This document shows positions 20,761-29,891 of a stretch of 64,000 nucleotides of DNA, in pieces. Every line of letters starts with the position of its first letter. Position 1 is the stretch's first letter. Source of the DNA: Planctomycetota bacterium (lineage in GTDB: Bacteria > Planctomycetota > PLA2 > JAEUHO01); contig CBDCTJ010000003.1 of NCBI GenBank assembly GCA_965222115.1, positions 384,001 through 448,000 on the forward strand, read 5' to 3'. Both the position numbers and the translations under genes were made by a program. The notes under the pieces are model-generated. The model saw nothing but the letters and a program-made list of their open reading frames with translations, ran no database searches and was not told the origin of the DNA.

Positions 20761-22773
20761 TCAATTGGCGTGTTTCGTGGTCGTCGGCAGCGGCAAACCA
20801 AGCGCGCGCCGTGCCGCTTCGAGAACGGCCCGGCCCAACCGTCCGACCCTCGGCACGTGCCGCAGCGTTTCGAGCGCCGCGGTGTAGCGCCCTTGCGTGT
20901 ACAGAACGAATGCACGCCTTTCCTCGGGAAGTGCTTGTGTGGCGCGATCGACGATGGCGAGCGAAGCCGACGTCTGCTTCGGGTCGGCATCGGTCATGAC
21001 CGTAAAGGTGGCTCGACCCGCTTCTTCGCCCTCCATGTCCAACACATTCCACGTATAAGTTTGGCCTGGACGAAGCCGACCACGAATGTCTTCGGGAATC
21101 ACGATCCGCTGTGTGGCCGCGTCCGTCGCCTTGATGATCCGCTGAAAACTACTCCCATATACATCCATTGCAACGGTCCCATAGGTACCGGGTGGCATGG
21201 CAACCGTTAGCGCCACCACATCGTTCTTTGTCACGTTGCCGCGGGGAAGCCATGCGACGGGAGATGCGCGACTGCGTACGACGCGATGATGCGCTCTTGC
21301 CGACGCACGTACAAGTGCAACCATTTCGCGAACGAGCTCCGGTGCGTCCTCGCGCAACTGCTCCGCCGGCGCCAATTGGACTTCATCGCCACTGCGAATG
21401 CGGCACCGTTGGCTCCACGAATGAAAGTACGGTGATTCCCAACGAACTTCGTGTGAGCCGGGCGAGAGCTTGTGTCCGCGTAGCGGCGCCCCGCCACACG
21501 CCACACCATCGACATAGACTTCGCCCCCACCCAACGTCTCGGGAACCACGTGCAGCGTTCCACGGCGAAACGTGGTCCACCAAACGGTTCCTAGGCCCAA
21601 CATCGCGACCACGACGGCGGACGCAACCCAATGACGTTTCGCGAAACGCGCGGCTTTGGCGAAACGTCTGGACGGCATTCGGATTTCACGTCCCTGTGCC
21701 ACTTTCCGCAGGTCGTCAGCCAGCGCGCGCGCGTCGGCATAGCGATCCCGGGGATCTACTTCCAAAGCGCGGTGAATGACCTGAGCAATTGCGGGGGCAA
21801 TCGTCGGCGTAACGGACGCTAGTGGAGCGATCGATCCCCGCGTGACACACGTTCGCACGTCTGCTAAAGATTCGGCGGCGCCATGAATACGCTGGCCGCT
21901 CAGCGTCTCGTACATCACCGCGCCAAGGCCGTAGATGTCGGAGCGCCCATCCAGCCGTTTCGGATCACCACGCCATTGCTCGGGACTCATGTAGGAGGGA
22001 CTTCCGAGCATGTCGCCGTGCTGCGTGAGTGACGTGCCGAGTTCGGTCTTCGCAAGATCAAAGTCGGTGAGGACCAATCGACCCTTGGCGTCCAAGATCA
22101 AGTTGGAGGGCTTGACATCGCGGTGCACGATTCCCACGTGGTGATAGGCCGCGAGGGCTTCCGCCACGCCGACAAACGCCATGGCGATGCGCCGCGAAAA
22201 TCGATGGGCGCCGCGTCCCACGCCGGGAATACCGAGTCGATCCAGTACATGGTCGCGTTCGACACCGGAGGAGATTTCCTCTGCGTGAAGCTGACCAATG
22301 GCGTCGCTCCAGGTGGGGCCGCGCAAGAGCCCCATCACGATGTAGGGTCGGTCTGACGTGTTGGCAATGCCGTGATCAAAAATACGCGCCGCATGATCAT
22401 GTTCGACTTGAGCTGCGGCGGCCGCCCCCGCTTCAAACCGCTGCCGCGCCTCTGTGTTGCTCAGCCGTTGATGCAAGACCTTGAGCGCCACTTCACGAGA
22501 CAGGCCCACTTGCCACGCTCGAAACACATCGCCATACGATCCAGAACCCAAGTAGGCGAGGGTGCGATAGCCCTCCACGACAACGCCCACACCACCCTCG
22601 TCGAGTGACTTGTCTTGCACAACCGGGCGCTCGCTGAGGGTCTCATCCAACACGCGCGTAAACTGGGCGAATGCTCCTCCCGCTTGATCGCGATAGTCAT
22701 TCACGTCGGGCTCCTCCCCATGCAATGCGCGCAGAAAATAATCGGCAACAAGCATGGAAACGGTCGGGTCCAT
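20761..22773 (-). CDS. Ser/Thr kinase - TM - PEGA - DUF928-like C-terminal domain
   Basis: LGSGSYG, VALK, HRDVKPSN, DFD (DFG variant), GSPSYMSPE; TM; PEGA-like EVYVDGVACGGAP; C-terminal LRPGQTYTW and RAFVLYTQGRYTAAL. Confidence 0.88.
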   Translation of the reverse strand: MDPTVSMLVADYFLRALHGEEPDVNDYRDQAGGAFAQFTRVLDETLSERPVVQDKSLDEGGVGVVVEGYRTLAYLGSGSYGDVFRAWQVGLSREVALKVLHQRLSNTEARQRFEAGAAAAAQVEHDHAARIFDHGIANTSDRPYIVMGLLRGPTWSDAIGQLHAEEISSGVERDHVLDRLGIPGVGRGAHRFSRRIAMAFVGVAEALAAYHHVGIVHRDVKPSNLILDAKGRLVLTDFDLAKTELGTSLTQHGDMLGSPSYMSPEQWRGDPKRLDGRSDIYGLGAVMYETLSGQRIHGAAESLADVRTCVTRGSIAPLASVTPTIAPAIAQVIHRALEVDPRDRYADARALADDLRKVAQGREIRMPSRRFAKAARFAKRHWVASAVVVAMLGLGTVWWTTFRRGTLHVVPETLGGGEVYVDGVACGGAPLRGHKLSPGSHEVRWESPYFHSWSQRCRIRSGDEVQLAPAEQLREDAPELVREMVALVRASARAHHRVVRSRASPVAWLPRGNVTKNDVVALTVAMPPGTYGTVAMDVYGSSFQRIIKATDAATQRIVIPEDIRGRLRPGQTYTWNVLDMEGEEAGRATFTVMTDADPKQTSASLAIVDRATQALPEERRAFVLYTQGRYTAALETLRHVPRVGRLGRAVLEAARRALGLPLPTTTKHAN

Positions 22774-22835
22774 CTCGTCTTCTTGTGTATGGATGTGATG
22801 TCGCTCGTGGGGCATCATGGGGACCGAACCCGAGC

Positions 22836-23849
22836 CTACAGATCGTCCATGAACCGCCTCGCGGCGTGGAGTTGGTTGAGTGGGTTCGCTGACGCAGGCG
22901 CTTTGTCGTGCACACGGAACTCATGCGTGAACCGTCGCGAGGCAAGCGCCATGAACCCATAGAGCCACATGGCCATGAAAATGAAGTGGACGATGTGATT
23001 CGGCCCTGGCAGCGTCAGCCAGAGCATCCAGTCAAACGCCAATGCGCCGCAGAGCGCCGCCATGGCCGCCCGTGCCCACGGAACGCCCATACGCAGCGAT
23101 GCACCCCCTATGATGAGTAATACATCTTCCACAGCTTCCATCGTCCAACCGGGAAGGGCGGGGATCACATTCAAGTGTTCGGGAACACCAACGAGCGATA
23201 CGAAGAACGAAGGTATATAGGCCGAGGACGCAGCAACGGCGGCAACAAGCATGAGATGAAGTACGCCCGTCACGATGAGACACTTCCCAAGCGTTGCAAT
23301 GGGATCGGAGATCGTTCCTTGAATGGGCATGGCCGGACGAGGAACAACGACCGCGTGGCCAAGTAGCTTGCGCGCCCCGATCACGATTGCCCACACCACG
23401 AGTGGCAACGGTGCAAACAGCATGAGTGCGTCGAGATTGCTTTGATGAGTAAACAGTCGTTCGGTGATCAGCGCGATGACGCCACCCAGCGCGACAGTTA
23501 GATAGCCCGCAGTTGACTGTGGATTGCGTAACACCATGACCGCGCCAGCCAAGAGCGCAGAACCTGCGAACAGGTAATCCGTCGGTCCCCAAACGATGAA
23601 CCAGTCAAGGAGTACGTAGCCGAATGCCGCCGCCCACCAACTCATCAGAAGTCGACCCTGACGGAGGCCGCGTCCCAGATCGAGCCATGAACCGGGTACG
23701 GCGTACTGCTTGGCCTCCACGTCGATCACAACCGGCTCGTCTTCATGCGTGGCGGCCGCATTAGGCCCCTCGATTGGCAACTCGGGGATCGGCGCGTCAG
23801 TAACAGGTGCGTCAGCGGATCGAATCGCTACAGGCGTCGAATCGTGCAC
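22836..23849 (-). CDS. Hypothetical multi-pass membrane protein
   Basis: 337-aa ORF with about 8 hydrophobic segments; GGAGG SD before GTG. Confidence 0.65.
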   Translation of the reverse strand: MHDSTPVAIRSADAPVTDAPIPELPIEGPNAAATHEDEPVVIDVEAKQYAVPGSWLDLGRGLRQGRLLMSWWAAAFGYVLLDWFIVWGPTDYLFAGSALLAGAVMVLRNPQSTAGYLTVALGGVIALITERLFTHQSNLDALMLFAPLPLVVWAIVIGARKLLGHAVVVPRPAMPIQGTISDPIATLGKCLIVTGVLHLMLVAAVAASSAYIPSFFVSLVGVPEHLNVIPALPGWTMEAVEDVLLIIGGASLRMGVPWARAAMAALCGALAFDWMLWLTLPGPNHIVHFIFMAMWLYGFMALASRRFTHEFRVHDKAPASANPLNQLHAARRFMDDL

Positions 23850-23852
23850 GGC

Positions 23853-23888
23853 AAAACCTCCATAACCCGAAGGGCGGGCTATGGGGTT
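23853..23888 (-). terminator. Hairpin downstream of rpsI (putative intrinsic terminator overlapping the next RBS)
   Basis: Minus strand AACCCCATAGCCCG-loop-CGGGTTATGGAGGTT followed by TT; the 3' arm contains the GGAGG SD of the next gene. Confidence 0.55.
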
Positions 23889-24001
23889 GAGCGCAAACGC
23901 GAGTCGAGTACTACATGACTACACCGAAATTTCCGGTGCTGCGTGGTCGATATCGATTCGGAGCCGAGCCAATAGCAGGTGGGCATGCTCTAGGCGTTTG
24001 A

Positions 24002-24400
24002 CTAGCGCTTCGAGAACTGGAAGCGGGCTCGGGCGCCGCGCTGACCGTACTTCTTTCGCTCGGAGACACGGGCATCGCGTGTGAGGTAGCCGCTGCCACG
24101 CATTTGGGCTTCGAGACCTGCGTCGGCCTTGACCAATGCGCGCGCAATGCCGAGACGAACGGCATCGGCCTGTCCCTGAGGTCCACCACCTTTGACATTG
24201 ACGTGTACGTCGTAGGTAGATTCCGTGCTGGTGAGCGTGAGGGGTTGACGCACGGCAAGTTTTTGAGCGCGCGTTGTAAAGTACTCGGCCCAGTCTTTGT
24301 TATTCACCCGCATGATGCCTTCACCTGGCGTTAGACGAACACGCGCAATGGCGGTCTTTCGTCGTCCCGTACCCCAGGTAAATGTCTTCTGTCCAGCCAT
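24002..24400 (-). CDS. rpsI: 30S ribosomal protein S9
   Basis: GTGRRKTAIARV, GGGPQGQA, LTRDARVSERKKYG, QFSKR. Confidence 0.98.
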   Translation of the reverse strand: MAGQKTFTWGTGRRKTAIARVRLTPGEGIMRVNNKDWAEYFTTRAQKLAVRQPLTLTSTESTYDVHVNVKGGGPQGQADAVRLGIARALVKADAGLEAQMRGSGYLTRDARVSERKKYGQRGARARFQFSKR

Positions 24401-24403
24401 GGA

Positions 24404-24850
24404 TTACCTCCCCGTCCCGAACTGGAGTTCGGTGGGCTGCTGCGCGTGATGCGGGTGTTTGTCGTCGGCGTAGACCTTAAGTTTTTTCAACATGGCACGA
24501 CCCAAGTTGGTCTTGGGGAGCATACGCCGCACAGCCAGACGAACGATGTCTTCAGGATGACGTTCCTGCATACGAGTGTAGGGAACTTCTTTCAATCCGC
24601 CGGGCCAACCGGTGTGATGGCGATAGACCTTCTTGTTTTCCTTGCCGCCCGTGAGCTGCACCTTGGGTGCGTTGATGACGACGATGTAGTCGCCACAGTC
24701 CACATGGGGTGTGTAGGTGGCCTTGTGTTTGCCCATCAGACGCCGGGCAATTTCCGCCGCCATGCGTCCCAAGATTTCTTGAGAGGCATCCACAACGAAC
24801 CACTCGGCACCCACGTGCGGCTTGGTCTGGACAGTCGTTTTCGTTCGCAT
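24404..24850 (-). CDS. rplM: 50S ribosomal protein L13
   Basis: WFVVDA, LGRMA, LMGKHKATYTPHVDCGD, MLPK, HPHHAQQP; start MRTKTT at 24850. Confidence 0.98.
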   Translation of the reverse strand: MRTKTTVQTKPHVGAEWFVVDASQEILGRMAAEIARRLMGKHKATYTPHVDCGDYIVVINAPKVQLTGGKENKKVYRHHTGWPGGLKEVPYTRMQERHPEDIVRLAVRRMLPKTNLGRAMLKKLKVYADDKHPHHAQQPTELQFGTGR

Positions 24851-25019
24851 ACGAGTCACCCACGGGGCGCCACATATGGGCGCTCCCAACACCCGAGTCA
24901 GCACGAATGAGATTCCGGCTGGACTTCGGGCAGACAAGCGGGAAAGCGTATCGGGCGGGCTCCCTCGGTCAAGGCCGGGCAGGCGGCCAAATCCGCGCAA
25001 TTTTCCCGCGTCGTGAGGG

Positions 25020-26645
25020 CTACGGATGGTGAAACGCTCGAACAACCAGTTCCCGAATCGGCTCCAGCCCCACAATCCTAATGCCTCTATTTCCCGGCCT
25101 AGCAGACGCATAGCCCCGGAGATCCAACCGAGGCGTCGTCCTTGAGAACAGCGTCTCGACGCGCGCCCGCTCGTCCAGTTCCAACTCACGTGGCGCTGAC
25201 AGGGGCGCTTCCTGATACAGGCGTTCGAGGAGCAGCCAGGCAACTTGCCTCGGTGGAACGACCAATTGGCCTTCGATGCCTACGTATCCACCCCACGATC
25301 GGAAGAATCCGGGCCCCACAACCCGAACCCGGTCGTTGAGCCCATCGGGCCCGGCGTGAACGCGAACTATATGCAGTTCCCTGCTTGGTGCATCAGCGCC
25401 AAGACGCAGCACAACGGCATCCACGCGTGCAGCGGGCACGGAGGGCGCCAAGAACCAAAGAGCAATCACCGTCGCCAGCGACGCCACACAGGTCATGACG
25501 AATCGAGATCGTACGGTTCGCGCCGCGCGTTGAAGCCCGAACAATGCCAAGACGTACAGCGCCACCAATGCTAGCGATCGTCCATGCCGACCGCGTGTAA
25601 GAGACCACGCGCCCCAAGCATCCGTTGCGGGCGAGATACGAGGTGCACGATGGAACACGGTGGACAGGCGGGGAAGCCACGCGCGTTGATCGGCAAGTTT
25701 CGCCCCCGCGTCTGCTGCGCTTGTGGCTGTGAGTACATGGCCGAGTGTGCCGTCAGGCAATTCGCGAACGCGTTCACCGAGCAACGGTGGGTGCCGCTCC
25801 TCATCCAACATCATGACCGCGCCCCCCACGCGAACGAATTCCACCACGACACGAGACCAACGCTTGCCTCGCACGTCATCGAGCCATGCATCGGGACCGC
25901 AGAACACGACATCCACGGGCGCGATGTCCCATACGCGCTCAAGTTTTCCTCCGGTCGCGCGCAACACATCGTCTGCGCGCACGATTGTCAACTCGGTTGA
26001 GGCTTCCGGTGGTGCGATCGATGTCGATAGCCACAAAACAACCGGTCGCGGACCTGGGTGTGTTCCCCGTTCTGCAGCAAGCCATATCGGGCCTTCGGTG
26101 AACCCACGGTTTGACTGAAAACCCAATTGGGAAACGCGCGTGGCACCGCCCTCGCGCAGTCCCTCGTGCTGCGCACCGGGAGGCAACTCGCTCAACGTGC
26201 GTTCGTAGCGTTCGGTCGGTGACCGCTTCGCGAATGCGCGCCACCACTCGCTCGCGCCTCGCGACGTCACCGCCGCAACCGTTGCAAGGGAGAGCGCCAC
26301 GACAAGCGAACTGGCGGCGAGACGTCGGCGTGGTTTCGACACAATGGACAGCAGGCATGCGCCGGACAAGCACAACCACCATGCCCAGCCCGGCAGGGGG
26401 AGGAACCGAATGCGACCCTCACCGGTAAACACCAGCGCCGCGACGATCGGCAGCGCCGCCAGGAGCATCAACACGATGTCCGACGTCTTATGGATCCCGA
26501 AAAAGACGGCCCACACGATGAGCCCAACCAACAAAACGCGCCATGGCACCCACACGTCGGCCATGGACCACGACGAGCAAGCCGCGGGAATCAACAGCGC
26601 AACGACAAACAGCGAAGCAACAGCAACAGCGGTGCGCGTGTGCAT
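25020..26645 (-). CDS. Hypothetical membrane protein (N-terminal TM bundle, soluble middle, two further TMs)
   Basis: Long ORF with a clear hydrophobic segment pattern; no recognisable catalytic motif. Confidence 0.6.
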   Translation of the reverse strand: MHTRTAVAVASLFVVALLIPAACSSWSMADVWVPWRVLLVGLIVWAVFFGIHKTSDIVLMLLAALPIVAALVFTGEGRIRFLPLPGWAWWLCLSGACLLSIVSKPRRRLAASSLVVALSLATVAAVTSRGASEWWRAFAKRSPTERYERTLSELPPGAQHEGLREGGATRVSQLGFQSNRGFTEGPIWLAAERGTHPGPRPVVLWLSTSIAPPEASTELTIVRADDVLRATGGKLERVWDIAPVDVVFCGPDAWLDDVRGKRWSRVVVEFVRVGGAVMMLDEERHPPLLGERVRELPDGTLGHVLTATSAADAGAKLADQRAWLPRLSTVFHRAPRISPATDAWGAWSLTRGRHGRSLALVALYVLALFGLQRAARTVRSRFVMTCVASLATVIALWFLAPSVPAARVDAVVLRLGADAPSRELHIVRVHAGPDGLNDRVRVVGPGFFRSWGGYVGIEGQLVVPPRQVAWLLLERLYQEAPLSAPRELELDERARVETLFSRTTPRLDLRGYASARPGNRGIRIVGLEPIRELVVRAFHHP

Positions 26646-26791
26646 GAAAACGATGGCCCCATTCGTCCTATTGAAAGACCGTCGTCGGATTGAAAGACGG
26701 TCTTCCGATTGAAGGACAGTAGCCCGCGCGAGCCTACAACACGACCGCATGGACCTGAGGTTTCAACGCAAGACCGTGGCCTTCGTTCGAT

Positions 26792-27769
26792 TTATCTCCA
26801 GGATGGCGTGGAGCGGTACGCATCCATGAGCGGTTCGTCGCGCACATCCAAGTAACCGCCGGGAAGGGGTTGCGTGAGAAGGCGACGCAGGCGATGGAGC
26901 TTTGTTCGCGTATCGTCTTCACCTTGGACGCGAGACCGCGCGCGATCGGTGCGGCCCCACTCCACCGTTCGCACTACGCGCTTTCCGCCGCGGCGCTCGG
27001 GAGGACAGATAATGCGCAAGCGCACCTCGCCATCATGGCGCTGCGAAACGCTCGCGGGAAAGCGTGATACGTCGATGGCGTGCACCGTTACACGACCGGC
27101 AAAGAGCTCATATACCATCTTCGCAATGCGCGTGGCGGCCACGGCTTCGGCAACCTGCTCGTGGCGGTCCTCCCACACCTTCCCGACGGCGGGCAACGGG
27201 CGCGCCCGAATCCCCGTCACGTAGGGAATTGGATACCCCACGTGCTCGACAAAGCGTTGATACGGTTCGGCGGGTAGCAGGCAACCGTCATCACTTAGGT
27301 AACGCTCGAGTACAGCGGGCTTCCCGTCCCGAGTCGTTGTGGGAAAGCGAACGCGAGCTACGGGAACTCGAAAGGAAACGCGCGCATCGGCAAAGCGCGG
27401 ATAACGAATGCGCACTTCATCAACTTGTCGAACCAGCGGATGCTGCAACAAGTGAGACTTCACAATGGCTTCCGCGTCGTTGTCATACACCGACACCTTG
27501 AAACGCGAGAACTGATCCGGGTGCTCGGAGTGAAACGCATCCGACGAAAGCCACGCTGGAATATTGACGACCTTTACGCGACTCGGTGCCACTTGATAGC
27601 CCTGCAGCCCATAGCTGTAGGCGCGCGCCTCTTTCATGACGAGGCTAACCCCCAGCAAGACCCCGGAAGCCAGCAGCGCACGTATCAATACATGGCCACG
27701 AGGCGAACGTACAAGGTCGAGGAATCGTGCACCCAGTCCGTCATCGTTAGTGGTGGTACCGCGCGCCAT
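26792..27769 (-). CDS. FtsQ/DivIB-like bitopic protein
   Basis: Short basic N-terminus, one TM, POTRA-like HPLVRQVDEVRIRYP...FRVPVA, LSDDGCLLP, EWG, terminal YLDVR resembling FtsQ YIDLR. Confidence 0.55.
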   Translation of the reverse strand: MARGTTTNDDGLGARFLDLVRSPRGHVLIRALLASGVLLGVSLVMKEARAYSYGLQGYQVAPSRVKVVNIPAWLSSDAFHSEHPDQFSRFKVSVYDNDAEAIVKSHLLQHPLVRQVDEVRIRYPRFADARVSFRVPVARVRFPTTTRDGKPAVLERYLSDDGCLLPAEPYQRFVEHVGYPIPYVTGIRARPLPAVGKVWEDRHEQVAEAVAATRIAKMVYELFAGRVTVHAIDVSRFPASVSQRHDGEVRLRIICPPERRGGKRVVRTVEWGRTDRARSRVQGEDDTRTKLHRLRRLLTQPLPGGYLDVRDEPLMDAYRSTPSWR

Positions 27770-27926
27770 AAGAAGGGAAACTCCTGCGGGGGGGGCGCCG
27801 AAACTCGGCACACCACCGCAGGTCACGGGATCGGCTGTTCATGACCCGTGCTTCAATCGCGGAGAGCCCGTTCGGTCTTCGTTCGCACATCGAACACGCG
27901 TAGGGTCAACACCGATGCGGACCGCT

Positions 27927-28964
27927 TCAAAATCGATACGTGACGCTCAACACGACTTGGTGAAGCCAGGAGAATGTGTAGGTGTTGTCGTTGTCGGCAC
28001 CACCCTCGATCGTTCGGTAGCCAATGCCCACGCTCCAATGGGGTGTGAAATCGCGGTGCAATTTGAGCGCAAAATCAATGGCGCGACCTTGCGGAGCACC
28101 AAGGGCGTCCAGGTCGGCGGTAACGCGCCAGCCCGGGCGAGGTCGCCATTCCACGTCGGCGTGAAGCAACGGAACGAATCCGAGATCGGTTTTTCGCGCG
28201 AATTTGCCATCCTGCTCCAACTGAATCTTTGCATCGCGGATTTTGGCAGTGGCACCGAAGAAGAACGACCACTTGTCGTTTTCAGCAACGAGATAGCGAT
28301 ACCCCAATCGGTAGGAGTTGAACTTGAAGGTGGCCGTGGTGCGCCCACCCGCCACAAACGTCTCATCGCGAAACGTAACGTCACTTGGAAGGCTGCCCGA
28401 AGCCTCGATCGTGAGAGGCGCAATCAGGGCGCGCATGCGATGGCGACGCGAAAGCGCCCAATCCATGGTGACCCGCCCACCGAGAAAGGGCCCAGCACCC
28501 GTGACATCATCCACGTTGAACCGCGTACCCGTATCGCCAGGAATGGCGGCCTCATTGCGCGACTGCCACAACGGCCCACCTTCTACCTCTAGTGAGAATC
28601 GATAGAAGGGTCGCGACCAACGCCGAGCGTGCGCACGGCGCATCGACGGATTTGATGACGCGGTAAGAGGAACACCATGGACCGCAAACGACGTCGCGGC
28701 GGTTTGCTTGAACGAGGTCTGTCGGAACGGACCGTGTGTCATCGGCGCGCTAGACCGGTACGCAGTGGACAACGTGGATTGTGGTGTCCGCAATACGTTG
28801 CGCGTGAGCACGGGGTATTGGGCTGAGACCTGCCGACGCGGGAGTTTAGAGAACGTGGCGTTATGGGCCTCTGCCGTGCCTCGCAAGAAGATCCCAAACA
28901 CCAACGTCGCCAGAGGCACGAGGATTGGGGAGCCACGACGATGTGCCACGAAACAATCAATCAT
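27927..28964 (-). CDS. Outer-membrane beta-barrel protein
   Basis: Signal peptide, amphipathic strands (FNSYRLGYRY, GIGYRTIEGGAD), C-terminal YRF BAM signature; ATGA overlap with the SOUL gene. Confidence 0.75.
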   Translation of the reverse strand: MIDCFVAHRRGSPILVPLATLVFGIFLRGTAEAHNATFSKLPRRQVSAQYPVLTRNVLRTPQSTLSTAYRSSAPMTHGPFRQTSFKQTAATSFAVHGVPLTASSNPSMRRAHARRWSRPFYRFSLEVEGGPLWQSRNEAAIPGDTGTRFNVDDVTGAGPFLGGRVTMDWALSRRHRMRALIAPLTIEASGSLPSDVTFRDETFVAGGRTTATFKFNSYRLGYRYLVAENDKWSFFFGATAKIRDAKIQLEQDGKFARKTDLGFVPLLHADVEWRPRPGWRVTADLDALGAPQGRAIDFALKLHRDFTPHWSVGIGYRTIEGGADNDNTYTFSWLHQVVLSVTYRF

Positions 28965-29827
28965 CGAGCGGCACCATCCGAAATGCTCGTGTTTCGCTTC
29001 ACAGGCACCTGCACTTCATAAAACTGGCGCGAACTAGAAACCATAGGGCTGTTGTAGGCAAGTACTCGCCAAGGGCCTGCAACCGTGAGTCCGTGTGCGT
29101 TCATCGCTTTGTCAATCAATGCCTTTGCGAGTGCAATTGACTTTGCGTTTCGACGACCGCGCATACCGATACTTAGAACACGAGTCTGTTTCAAATCACG
29201 AACGGATACGCGGCCTTGTTCGCCGGTCTCCCCCTGTTGCAGTGACTCGTAGAGGAACGCCATCGACGCATTGCGCATCTTGCGGTCCAGGGTCATTTCT
29301 ACGGGGGCGGTCATAGCCACATTGTTTTTCTTGATGTGTCGAAACAGTGTCCAAAACGACATTCCCCGGTTGGTCGTGATCGCAGCGCGATACGCCGGAT
29401 ATCGCTTTGTGACGACATGCCCCACGGGCCCTGGCGCGGGGAATCCCTGCGGCAGTGACGCCTCGCGCTTAGGAATAAAGGCGAGGTCGCTCAGCAACAG
29501 ATCAAATGTGCGCCGCAATGCCCAGGCGCGCTCCGATGCATCGGCCAGCTCCTGCGAAAGGACTGTTTGTAGTCGGTGGCGCGCCAAGTCATGTTGGCCC
29601 ACACCCGTTTGCTGGATCACTCTGCGCGCGACGGCTTCGTAGGCGCGAGCGCAGCCCTCCGCATCACCGCTATTGAATAGCGATACACCCTTCTCTATGG
29701 CGCTAGTAAGCACTGCCTTTAGGTCCATTGGCTTTCGAGCCGCCGTCGCGGAGGCGTGCGCAGCGTTGGTCATGTTGAAAATGAGCCCAGAGAACAGGGC
29801 TACAGCGAGCATCGTGACTAGTTTCAT
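28961..29827 (-). CDS. Exported SOUL-family heme-binding protein with N-terminal helical domain
   Basis: Signal peptide; YPAYRAA, FWTLFRHI, VAMTAPVEM, MAFLY, LAYNSPMV, EVQVP. Confidence 0.85.
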   Translation of the reverse strand: MKLVTMLAVALFSGLIFNMTNAAHASATAARKPMDLKAVLTSAIEKGVSLFNSGDAEGCARAYEAVARRVIQQTGVGQHDLARHRLQTVLSQELADASERAWALRRTFDLLLSDLAFIPKREASLPQGFPAPGPVGHVVTKRYPAYRAAITTNRGMSFWTLFRHIKKNNVAMTAPVEMTLDRKMRNASMAFLYESLQQGETGEQGRVSVRDLKQTRVLSIGMRGRRNAKSIALAKALIDKAMNAHGLTVAGPWRVLAYNSPMVSSSRQFYEVQVPVKRNTSISDGAAR

Positions 29828-29855
29828 GCGCGGAGACTACCGCACCGCTCAAATT

Positions 29856-29877
29856 TGTTTAGTTTTTTTTCTAAACA
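29856..29877. promoter_or_regulatory. Inverted repeat TGTTTAG-N8-CTAAACA, putative CarH operator in the divergent promoter
   Basis: Perfect 7-bp inverted repeat in an AT-rich 64-bp gap between the SOUL gene and the CarH-like gene; half-sites fit TnnACA. Confidence 0.55.
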
Positions 29878-29891
29878 TATAGGATTTGGGA

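Noticed and set aside
24851-25243. Long N-terminal extension of L13 in the ORF track
   Set aside because: It overlaps the upstream gene and is not L13-like; the true start is MRTKTT at 24850.
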